In this document: one piece after another, positions 54,142 to 64,000 of the stretch
How positions within the stretch are numbered: the stretch's first letter is position 1
Layout: each line of letters opens with the position of its first letter
From: Prasinococcaceae sp. CCMP 1430
Taxonomy: Eukaryota > Plantae > Prasinodermophyta
Direction of reading: 5' to 3'
DNA: 64,000 nucleotides
Assembly: GCA_013416795.1 (NCBI GenBank)
Contig: RQSC01000020.1
Span: 389,746-453,745, forward strand
The notes under the pieces: model-generated
Databases searched by the model: none
What the model was told of the DNA's origin: nothing
The model's input: only the letters and a program-made list of their open reading frames with translations
Program-made: the position numbers and the translations under genes

Positions 54142-56900
54142 CTACGTGCTTTGGGGCGCGGACGCACGCCGCGCGCCACGCTTCCTGGGTGGCTCCCGCG
54201 CGTCCTTCGCGCGCGGGCGGCCGCGGGGCCTTGCGGCGAGGCCCGCGTGCTCGCGCACGGCGCGCGCTCCGTGCTTCTGCAGCGCCCAAACCAGGTCGCT
54301 GCGGCCCATGGCGAGCAGCACGGCGCGGCTCGGCATGAAGAACGTGTGCTCATGCGCGTCTCCGTCGCACTCGCCGGTACCGTCGTCACCGCCAAGGCCA
54401 GCTGCGTTCGCATACACGCCGCGGTCCTCGAGCCGTTGGTGCTCGCTGCTGGTGGCCACTACTCGCATCTCGGTGGCAACCGCAGCGATGTCGTCCCAGC
54501 GCCCGGCACGCACGCCCCGGCCGCGCGAGGAGGGCACGCGCGCGCGTGCGCGCGCGCGCGCGCGCTCTTGCGCGCGCGCGCTGCGCTCGGCCGCGATGGA
54601 AGCGCTCTCGAGGCGCGGCGCGCGTCGCAGCCCGAGGGCGGCGGCGACGACGCGAGTGCCGCCCAGGCGCTTGATGCCGGAGAGTAGGCGCACCTCCCCC
54701 GCGGCCTCGAGCGCCGCCACCGTAGGCATGACGCCGTCGGCGGCGAAACTTTCAGCGTTGCGCGCAGCGAAGGCGTCGAGGGCGTCGGACACCTCTGCAA
54801 GCAGCGACTCGCCGTCCGCGCGCGCGAGCTCGGCCTCGACGTTGTCGCCGATGAGGGTGCGCGCCTGCGAGGGGGGGTCCTCTTCGAGCTCGGCGTAGTA
54901 ACCCGCCGCATCGCTCGCGTAGCGAATGTGCGTCACCTGGTGCGCGCGCGTCAGCGAGCGAGCGCACGCGCGCGCGCGCGCGCGCGCGCGCAAGCACGTA
55001 GGCACGCACCGTTTCCTCGCTCAGCTCTTGCTCCGATGGCGCGCGCGCGCGCGCAGTGCCCTCGGCAGCCGCGTTGGCATGCGCGCGCGCCAGCTCCGCC
55101 TGACCACGCCCCGCGAGCCCACCAACCACGCGGCCGATCTTGAGCGCAAATCGCGTGTAGTGGCCGTGCAGGCCGATCGCGTGGTCGAGATCCCAGCGCC
55201 GCGCTTTCAGCACGTCGCGTCGCCGCGGCATGTGCCGAACTGACTCGTCAGCCGTACCCGCAGCCATCACGTCCTCGGTGAGGTCCTCATCGTTCACCAC
55301 CGCACCGGTGAGCGTGTGTCTCCACATCGGCGCCTCCGCAGCGCCGAAAGGGAGGAACTCCTCCCAATGGTCCGCCATGAATAGCCCGATCTCGTAGTCT
55401 AGCGTCTCAGGGTCGTCCCAGTACCCGTCCTCCACGCGCCCAACGCGCATGCCAAGCGCTGCTGCGACGTCGGCGAAGCCGCCGGCGTCGTCGATCTGAT
55501 CCACAAGGTCATGCCTGCCCGCGCGCTCGAGTGCGGAGCGGCTGGGCATGCGCCCAAGGGCGCTCGAAGCGCTGCGCTGGCCGGAGGGGAGCGCGCCGTC
55601 CTCGGAGTCGGCATCCTGTTCGCTCGCTGCCTTCGTGTCGCCGGCTGTCGCCTCATCACCACCGCCCTCCTCGTGGTGCCCCCGCTGCCTCTTGGCGTCG
55701 CGTCGCCGTCGCTTGCGGAACTGCGAGGCGACGAAGCGCTCGAGCTCCACCATGAGCTGCATCATGTCGTCCTCGCCACTGTAAAGTTCGAGGAGGCCCT
55801 CCGGCGGCGCCACGTGCAGCTGTCGGGCGTCCGTGTCCACCACGGGCACAATGTCATCCACAAGCGGGAGATAGAAGCTCGACGGAGGACGCGCGCCCTC
55901 AGGCGTAGACTCGTACAGCGACTCGCTACCGGCTTGGTCGTCACTGCAGGGGTCGCTCCCGATTCGCAGCAGAAACGCCGTCGCGCTCTGCTCCAGCACC
56001 TCCTCGACCACACCCAGGCGCACACCGTCTACGTGGTGAAGCACCTGCGCACGCAGCAACCATTCCTCTGCTGGTCAGCTCTCAGACGCGCGCCCGAGGC
56101 GCGCATTCGCTCGCGCCTTCGCGCCCGCGCGGCCACGAACGCCCACACGCACCTCCCACCCTTGTAGCTCCTCAACCGGCACGGAAACGCTCTTGTGCGC
56201 TCGGGCCTCGCCCCGCACTCCGGCATCGCCGGCGCCGGCGTCATCCGCGTCCGCGTCCTGAGCGCGCCGCGGGCACGTGCGCGCGAGCGAGCTTGTGTCA
56301 GAGCGAGGCGGCGCGCGCGAGGAGCATTCGTGCCGGCGGCGGGGCGCGTTCCGGCGCGAATCGCACCTCGAACTCCTCGTCCAGGTCGTCCATGAACGGG
56401 TTGAAATACAACCTGTAGCCAGCGGCGCCCTCGCCCTCGACGTCCACGGGCGGCGACGCCTCCGGCAGGATGCCAAGCTCGCCGTCGCTTCCCCACTCGC
56501 TCTCGTAGTCGGTCTCGCTCTCATACTCGTCGCCGCTGCCGCTCGGGCCGGCAGCGGAGGAGCGCTCGCGCGCGCTCGCGCGCGCCCCTGTCTCGGCCGC
56601 GCGCAGCGCCTCGGCTGCGGCCGCCGCGTTGCGCTCCGCCTCCTCGAGCGCCGCCTCGAGGTCCATGGAGAAGCGCGCCAGCTCGTCCATGTCATCAGAA
56701 GCGGCATCCTTTGCGGAGGCGCGGGGGCGTGTCAGAGCAAGAGTTGACGACGCTGGCCTTGGAGCGAGCGCGGGTGCGCGCGCGTGCGGGCGAGCTTGAG
56801 CGCACCTCGTCGTCGTCCTCCACGAACCCGGTCAAGGGGTCGAAGCGAACGGTCTCGTCGACGCCATCGTCGTCTTCGCCGCCGCCGTCCGAGCCACGGC
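54142..56900 (-). CDS. rimM: Plastid 16S rRNA processing protein RimM with a C-terminal extension of four helical repeats; multi-exon, start not located
   Basis: PRC-barrel 'LGVVEEV...LLRI...YLPLVDDIVPVVD....L.VAPPEGLLEL'; N-domain 'FNPFMDD...RF'; repeats MP...L...GR.DL...I...GG...VA..LG. Confidence 0.75.
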
Positions 56901-57322
56901 TCGCGCGCGCGCGCGGAGGCGCGCGTCGCCTGGAGAGGCGACCTCGCACGGCCCCACGCCGCGCGGGCGCCCGGGCAGGGGGGAAGGAAGGGGGGTGGGG
57001 GGAAGGGGGGGGGGGGGAGCACCCCCTCCCCCTCGCCCGCGACAGCACCCCCTCCACACACACCTCTCCTCGCACGCGCGCACTGTGGCAAGGGGCGCGT
57101 GCGTCCCCGGCGCCTTTGCGGTTTCGCCGGGGTTTGGGTTTGGGCTCCCGCCTTTTTAAAAAAAAAAGATGTGTGGCGCGTTGGGAGGGCTTTCCGGAAG
57201 CGCATTTCGGAGCGTGGGTCCGCGGTCCGCGCGGGGGCAGTCTGATCACGCGAGGACCCTTCGCGCGCTCGTTTTACGGCAGCAGGCGTTTTGGGCACGG
57301 GTGCTCCGTACAGGCCAGCGCA

Positions 57323-57370
57323 CAAACAAAAACAAAAAAGAAAAAGAAAAAGAAAAAGAAAAAGAAAAAG
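57323..57370. repeat. A-rich (AAAAAG)n tract in an AT-richer divergent-promoter region
   Basis: Read directly from the sequence. Confidence 0.85.
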
Positions 57371-57976
57371 CGAGTGCGCGCGCGATGTCATCGATTCGAT
57401 TGAATCGATTGCTTCACAGCGCATACATACGCACATGCGTTGTGGAAATGGTATCAGAGGGGCGTGCCCGTGCGTGACGGTTCGCGTGCGGTCCGCTCCA
57501 ATGCACCGTGATGGGACATGCGCACCACACCGCAGAAACAGAAAAAACAAAAAGATTTCGGTGTAAGGGTCCTTCTACGCGCATTCTGACCTCTCAATTC
57601 TTTTCGTTTTTGTTGCTATGGGTATTTTGATGTGAAATGCATGTTCGCGACAAGATTTGGGCTCGGAGTAGTCTCCCGTGGCCTCGATGACAGACGGATG
57701 CACATCATTTCAAGAGGTTTTGATGGTGCGCGTGCGTGTGGACCCTGATGGCGGGGACGCGACGGCGCCGACGGCGGGAGGGAAAAAAAACGAAAAAAAA
57801 GCGCGGGGGAAAAGGCGCGAAAAAGGTCGCGTGCCCGTAACCCTCGCCGGCGGCCCGAGCCGCCACGCGCGCGCGCGCAGCGATTGCCCCATCGAATCGC
57901 AAGGCGCTGAGCCGCACCTTCGCAAAGCAGCGCCGCGCATGCGGNACTTGCCATTCTTCTCATAATCTCGCAGAAA

Positions 57977-59908
57977 GTGTTGCACGACGGGCGGGGACGA
58001 GGCACGGGAAACCGCCTCGGGAAGCGGGCGCTGGCCGGCTTGCAGCGGCGTCCGTGCGACCGCGCGCGCATCGGCGTGCTGGCGCGCGCGGCCAACGCCA
58101 AGCCGCTGACCGAGGGGCAGGAGGACGAGGAGGAGTTCCTGGCCTTCCTCGAAGAGCTTCGCGACTGCTGGCCCGACCTCCAGATGTTCGCGATGCGCGA
58201 CTTCTGGCGCGCACAGCTCGAGTACTGGCGCGATCCCGACCGCGCCGACGCAAAGGCGCGCGCCGCGCAGCTGCGGGCGCGCCGCGTGGCCGACGCGGCG
58301 CGCGCGCGGCTCGAGCGCCGCTCGCTGCACCGGGACGAGGTCGAGCTCGACCTGCTGCAGCTGGAGCCTTACCTTGACTTCATTCCGGGCGAGGGCGAGC
58401 GCGAAGAGCTCGAGGAAGGCGACCTTCCCTTTGGTGCCACGCAGACCGACGAGGAGCGCGCCGACGCCGAGCTCAACGGTTACGCGCTGGAGGACCGCGA
58501 GTACGAGGCGGCGATGCAAGCGGCGCTCTCGGAGGCGCTGCTGGGTGCCGACGGATCCGAGAGCATTGACGAGAGCGACACGGCGCTGCTCACCGCCGAC
58601 ACGCCCCTCGAGCGCAAGAAGCGTGCCCTCGCGTCCTTCTCCAAGAGCCCCAAGGCGTTGGCGTTCCTCAAAGAATCCACCGAGCGGCTGGAGCGCGCGC
58701 GCGGCGGCGCTGGCGCCAGCGGAGCGGGCGTGGGTGCCCAGGCCGAGCTCGAGCTCGCCCTCGACCCCGAGACGGGCGAGCCGGCATTCGACTGGGGTGT
58801 GCCAATATTCAGCTCGGAGCGGATTGAGGAGCTCATCGGCAGCGGCCTCGGCCAGGAGGATCGCCACACGACCGAGCACGACGCCCAGTGGAACTTCGAC
58901 TTCGTCTTCCGCGTGGACCCCCTGCTGCGCCACTACCAGAACGGCTGGGGCATTTTCTCGTCGCGGCGGCTCGTGCGCCGGCAGCTGCGCCACATTCGGG
59001 ACGCGCTGCCCGACCTCAACCCGGTGGAGATCGTCCTCAACGACCCCTTCGCGATGACATTCGAGCCCGAGCACGACCCGCGCCAGTGCTTGCCCAAGGC
59101 GCAGGTGCCGCTGCTCAAGGATCTGCTGGAGGGCGCCGACGTGGAGGCGATGGTGTACCGCCACGGCTGCCTGCTGGCGGCGTATGTGGAAGAGGTGTCG
59201 GCGCACTTCGACGAGGTCAAGGAGCTGCTTCCGCACGAAGAGGCGATCAAGCTCGTGGAGGCGGTGCCGGAGCTACTCACTGTCGGCTTTAACGTCGAGG
59301 ACAGGCAGCACAACCTCGACTGCCTGCGCGCGGCTCTCAAGGCGGGCGCCGACATCGGCCTGCACCCCGCACGCGTGTGCGACATGGTGCGCCACAACCC
59401 CAACATCATGCTCGCGGCCGACGCGCCGGCGATCAGCGCGGCGATCGTGCGCTGGGTGGACATGCTCGCCGAGTCGCCCGCCCCAGGCAACGGCGTCTGG
59501 TATACCTACGGCGTCATGCCCATCGTGGCCTTCAATGACCCGCAGCTCGTCCAGCGCTACGCTTTTCTGCACGAGTGCCACGCCGAGCAGGAGCACCTGA
59601 CGTTTGCACGCGTCATGGAGCCCGACGACGAGCAGTTCACGGAGCTCTTCCCGGATTATGCGAGCTGGTGCAACTCCAACGGCGTGGGCCCTGGCCACGT
59701 CGAGTGGGGCCCCGGCACGCACCCGTTCGAGGGCGACGTCGTCACGTTCGTCGACGAGGACGTGTACGAGTCGCTCGATGAGCGTGACGAGATGACTGTG
59801 GTTGAGTACGGCGAGGACATGGAGGGTCTGTTGGACATCCCGCGGGGCGGCCTGACGGCGTTCTCGCGGAATGCCACCACCGGCGTGCCGTGGAAGCCGT
59901 ACGAATGA
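57977..59908 (+). CDS. Hypothetical (probably organellar) acidic protein with mTERF-like helical repeats; true start uncertain (N at 57945)
   Basis: 643-aa high-GC3 ORF; recurring 'L.d.Lp.ad...mv...P.ll' units (RDALPDLNPVEIVLNDP, KDLLEGADVEAMVYRH, KELLPHEEAIKLVEAVPELL, VCDMVRHNPNIM). Confidence 0.6.
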   Translation: MLHDGRGRGTGNRLGKRALAGLQRRPCDRARIGVLARAANAKPLTEGQEDEEEFLAFLEELRDCWPDLQMFAMRDFWRAQLEYWRDPDRADAKARAAQLRARRVADAARARLERRSLHRDEVELDLLQLEPYLDFIPGEGEREELEEGDLPFGATQTDEERADAELNGYALEDREYEAAMQAALSEALLGADGSESIDESDTALLTADTPLERKKRALASFSKSPKALAFLKESTERLERARGGAGASGAGVGAQAELELALDPETGEPAFDWGVPIFSSERIEELIGSGLGQEDRHTTEHDAQWNFDFVFRVDPLLRHYQNGWGIFSSRRLVRRQLRHIRDALPDLNPVEIVLNDPFAMTFEPEHDPRQCLPKAQVPLLKDLLEGADVEAMVYRHGCLLAAYVEEVSAHFDEVKELLPHEEAIKLVEAVPELLTVGFNVEDRQHNLDCLRAALKAGADIGLHPARVCDMVRHNPNIMLAADAPAISAAIVRWVDMLAESPAPGNGVWYTYGVMPIVAFNDPQLVQRYAFLHECHAEQEHLTFARVMEPDDEQFTELFPDYASWCNSNGVGPGHVEWGPGTHPFEGDVVTFVDEDVYESLDERDEMTVVEYGEDMEGLLDIPRGGLTAFSRNATTGVPWKPYE

Positions 59909-60339
59909 GGCATGATGGCGTTCGTAGGCGCCGCGGGTGTGAGCGCACGCGCTGCGATCGGCCGTGCGCTGGGCAGATTGTCCGGCACTCGTCGCGTGCG
60001 CACACCAGCACGCGCGCGCAACGTGCCTCGGGCGCCCGCGCCGCGGGTGCAGCTGCTGGCGTCGTAAACAATGACGTTGACAATGGCAACGCGGGGAGCC
60101 GCGGCGCGTGTGTGCGTGGTCGTGCCCGCGCGTATGCGAAGTTGTTGTTGCGAGGTTGAGGTTACGAAACGTGGGGTGCAAGGGAGAGCCTGCGGGCGGG
60201 GCGCATGCGGCGCACCTGTGGCGCGCGCGGCCACTTGCGTGCGCGCGCGGCCACTTGCGTGCGCGCGATGACTGCCACCCCGCGTCGCACGGCTACGGGC
60301 CGGCCACAGGGACGCCTGCGGCAGGCGCTGGACGCCTCT

Positions 60340-61198
60340 TCATTCGTCCTCCTCGTCCCCTGCCCGCGCCGCAGCCGCCGCGCGCCCCCGTCGCCTGGGC
60401 TCGAGCGCACGGCGTATCTTCTCCTGCTCTTCCTTGGTGAGCTCAGCCGCGCTCGCGAACGGGTGGTCCTTGGGCACCGTCACCGCACCATCCTTCTCGT
60501 TGACGTCGAAGTCCTCGCCCTCGCGGAAGGTCGTTTCCGTGGGCAAGCCCTCCGCCTGCGCGGTGTCCGCGACGCGCGTGGGTGAGGGTGCGGGCGTGTG
60601 CGGGCAAATACGTGCGCGCGTCCGCACGATTGCGTCAGAACTTGAGCACGCGGGGGGGGATGGACGCGGAGGGCGCCGAGCGAGCGAATTCAAGGGGGGC
60701 ACGCTCGCTCGCGCCTCATGCATGCACACGTGTGGGAGAGCAGGGCCATTCAGCATCGCCCTTGCTCAAGGGCGAGCGCCGCCTCAGCGCCGCACGCGCA
60801 AGAGAGAGGGAGAGCGAGGCGGCGCGCGAGCGCACCTTAAGCTGCTTGGCGCGGCGTTCACGCGCCTCGAGGATCTGCTGTTCCGTCAGCTCTGGCACCG
60901 ACGTGCGGTTCATGCCCTGCGCATCGTTAGGGTCAGCCACGACGCCGCGGGCGAGAGCGAGACGAGAGAGGGGGTGGATGAGTGCGCCGCCTGAGCACGG
61001 GTAAGGGCAGGCGACGGGGAGAGGGGACTTGGGGTCAACCATCGGCGCCTGACGCACCTTAAGCGCCTTCTCCACGTCGCCATCCTCCCCGCTGGGGCGC
61101 CCCTCCTCGAGGAAGCCGCGCTCCTCGAGCGAGCCCATGCTCCCGCCCCCGCGGCCGCCGAGCACCGCGCGCGCGGCGAGCGCGAGCGCGAGCGCGCC
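60340..61198 (-). CDS. Hypothetical protein, 3' exons (5' end in the N gap)
   Basis: Acidic coding-like blocks (GSLEERGFLEEG...KALK | DPNDAQGMNRTSVPELTEQQILEARERRAKQLK | AEGLPTETTFREGEDFDV...DEEDE*) separated by GT-AG introns. Confidence 0.55.
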
Positions 61199-61956
61199 NN
61201 NNNNNNNNNNNNNNNNNNNNNNNNNNNNNNNNNNNNNNNNNNNNNNNNNNNNNNNNNNNNNNNNNNNNNNNNNNNNNNNNNNNNNNNNNNNNNNNNNNNN
61301 NNNNNNNNNNNNNNNNNNNNNNNNNNNNNNNNNNNNNNNNNNNNNNNNNNNNNNNNNNNNNNNNNNNNNNNNNNNNNNNNNNNNNNNNNNNNNNNNNNNN
61401 NNNNNNNNNNNNNNNNNNNNNNNNNNNNNNNNNNNNNNNNNNNNNNNNNNNNNNNNNNNNNNNNNNNNNNNNNNNNNNNNNNNNNNNNNNNNNNNNNNNN
61501 NNNNNNNNNNNNNNNNNNNNNNNNNNNNNNNNNNNNNNNNNNNNNNNNNNNNNNNNNNNNNNNNNNNNNNNNNNNNNNNNNNNNNNNNNNNNNNNNNNNN
61601 NNNNNNNNNNNNNNNNNNNNNNNNNNNNNNNNNNNNNNNNNNNNNNNNNNNNNNNNNNNNNNNNNNNNNNNNNNNNNNNNNNNNNNNNNNNNNNNNNNNN
61701 NNNNNNNNNNNNNNNNNNNNNNNNNNNNNNNNNNNNNNNNNNNNNNNNNNNNNNNNNNNNNNNNNNNNNNNNNNNNNNNNNNNNNNNNNNNNNNNNNNNN
61801 NNNNNNNNNNNNNNNNNNNNNNNNNNNNNNNNNNNNNNNNNNNNNNNNNNNNNNNNNNNNNNNNNNNNNNNNNNNNNNNNNNNNNNNNNNNNNNNNNNNN
61901 NNNNNNNNNNNNNNNNNNNNNNGCGCGGGGGTCGGCGGGGCGGGCGGGCGGCGGCG

Positions 61957-64000
61957 ATGGGGAGGTGCGAGGCGCGGGCGGGCACCCGCCGTGTGGCGGA
62001 CGGGGGCGAGTCCTGCGGCCCGCAGAACATGCTGCCCCGCGAGACCTACATGCGGCTCCTCATCCAGTCGCTGAGCAACCTGGGATACGCGGACGCGGTG
62101 TGAGCGCTCCAGCGGGGGTCGGGCGCCGCGCCCGAGGCTGAGCGCGTCGCCAAGCTGCGCCGAGCGGTGCTCGCGGGCGAGTGGGACGACGCCTCGCGCG
62201 CGCTCGCCGACGTGCAGCGCGACGCCGACGCCGAAATTGAGGCCCAGAAGCCGGACAGCGACGGCGCGGGAGCGCGCGCGCACCCGCCCGCTGCGGCGGC
62301 CGCCGCGCGGTTCGCCCTGCTGCAGCAGAAGTACCTCGAGGCGCTGTACTCGGGTGACACGTCCGCCGCCATGAGGTGCCTGCGCCAGGAGCTCGCCCCC
62401 GCGGCCGCTGCCGCCAAGGCGGCCGCCAACGTTGATGAGCTGGCGCTGGCGAGGCTGCTCAGGCAGGGCTGCTCGCCCGAGGTTGATGCGCCGCCCACGG
62501 GGTCCGCGCTGCCTACCATGGCACAGCTCGCGCTGTGCATGGCCACCAAAGGCGGCAAGGCGCTCGAGCGCTCGGCGGCGGCCAGGATGCTCGGATGGAA
62601 GGGCGCGGGGGAGGCTGGGCGCATGGCCCTACTCGATCGCCTCCGTGAGCTGCTGCCCCCCCACCTCGTCCTTCCCGAGCAGCGCCTCGAAGAGCTGCTC
62701 GAGTCGCAACTGGCGACGAGGCAGGCGGCCTGCCCGTGGGTGCCGCGCGCGCACCTCTCGCTCCTGACCGACGCTACAGACAGTGGCTCGTACATCCCGA
62801 ACGTCACCGCGCAGGTGCTCGAGGGGCACACGGACGAGGTGTGGCACCTGCAATTCAGCCATGGCGGCACCATGCTGGCCACGGCCAGCAAGGACGCGTC
62901 CACGATCATCTGGGACGTGCGCAGCAGCACCAAGGTCACTCTGCGTCACCGGCTTGTGCAGGCCGCGTCGGCGGCTGGGTCGGGTTGGAGCGACTCGTAC
63001 GGCACCACAGGAAGCGACGACACAGACGGCGGCGCGGGTGGAGCCGGCGCCGGTGCAGGAGGTGATGACGCGCCCGCCGGCACCGCCGCACAGATATCGT
63101 ACTGCGCGTGGTCCCCCGATGACTCGCGGCTGCTCACCTGCGGCAACGACAAGCGCCGCACAAACGTCGTCAAAATGTGGGACTCTAAGGTGCGCTCCGT
63201 GCCGAGGCGCGTGCTGCGTGCGCGTGCGGGTGCGGGTGCGGGTGCGTTCGGTGCATTGCTCAGGGGGCTGACGCGGGCGCGTGGGCTATTGCCTTGTACC
63301 GCGCTGCCCTGTTCGCAAGACGGGCGCGCTGCTGCGGACATTCGCGCACCACAGCGACAGCGTCACCGCGGTGGCGTGGATGCCTGGCGGCACCCATTTC
63401 TTCAGCGGCAGCCTCGACAAAAAGCTCATCATGTGGGACGCCAACAGTGGGGCCGTGCACGAGATTCTGGAGGGCAAGCGAGTGAACGACCTGGCCGTGA
63501 GCGCGGACGGTGCGTGTGAGGCCGCGCACGAGCGGCGGTGTCGCGCAGCAGTCTTGCACAGCGTCTCTCCGATACCCATTCGTCTGACACTCGCCCGCTT
63601 GTCCGCACGCGCGCGCAGGCAACACACTGGTGAGCATCGTGAGCGAGTCGAGCATCCAAGTCCTGCGCTTGGACACCAGGTCGCAAGCATCTCGCGATCT
63701 GGGCGACAACTGCACGAGCCTGTCCATGAGTGCAGACGGGCGCTCCATCCTTGTCAACTTGAGCGCGCAGGAGGTACACCTGTACGACCTCGCCCGCTCC
63801 GTCGACGTGCTGGACGAAAAGGCACCACCCGTGATGTGTTATCGCGGCCAGAAACAAGGGCGCTACGTCATCCGCTCGTGCTTCGGTGGGCGCGATGAGT
63901 CATTTGTGGTCAGCGGCAGTGAGGACTCGCAGGTGTACGTGTGGAATCGCGCCACGGGCGAGCTGCTCGACGTGCTTGCCGGCCATTCGGGGACGGTGAA
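61957..64000 (+). CDS. WDR26: WDR26/GID7 CTLH-complex subunit (LisH, CTLH, WD40); introns 63190-63319 and 63510-63618; runs off the window; in-frame TGA at 62101
   Basis: RLLIQSL.NLGY (LisH), VLAGEWD, LLQQKYLEAL, LPEQRLEELL, HTDEVW.LQFS, LATASKD, YRGQKQGRYVIRSCFGG, SGSEDSQVYVW. Confidence 0.93.

Noticed and set aside
60221-60267. 20-bp tandem duplication (GCGCGCGCGGCCACTTGCGT x2)
   Set aside because: Ordinary slippage duplication in the 3' region between convergent genes.

Overview
Gene-dense, very GC-rich eukaryotic nuclear DNA from a draft assembly (N gaps near 3.1, 46.6-47.5, 51.3-51.5 and 61.2-61.9 kb, plus several single Ns). The gene content points to a green alga, probably an early-diverging prasinophyte/Prasinodermophyte type (inference): plastid FtsZ2, RimM and an EMB2004-like LRR protein, IFT46, TGTAA-type poly(A) signals, GTGCGY donors and CTGAC branch points. 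About 32 protein genes are supportable, many spliced. They include succinyl-CoA ligase beta, SENP8, RPN9, a CNG-like channel, an Nta1-like amidase, MRS2, IFT46, FANCL, an EBP-like protein, an LDL3-like demethylase, LSM6, NDUFB3, mL43, FtsZ2, a DET2-like reductase, aminopeptidase P, RimM and WDR26. No rRNA, tRNA, CRISPR array or transposase was found. Most notable: (i) a ~350-bp bacterial sensor-kinase/response-regulator (dctB/dctD-like) operon junction sitting between two algal genes and flanked by a 12-bp direct repeat; (ii) a class of introns built of alternating purine-pyrimidine sequence, CA-biased on the transcribed strand, lacking polypyrimidine tracts and sometimes self-complementary; (iii) a seamless junction of a truncated DET2-like gene onto FtsZ2; (iv) a higher-order ATGGAATCC array upstream of a plastid gene; (v) unusual domain architectures (VASt+DUF445, RimM+helical repeats, a probable pseudo-AKR). 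Several oddities may be assembly artefacts and are flagged as such. All family assignments come from recognising motifs by eye; no database searches were run.
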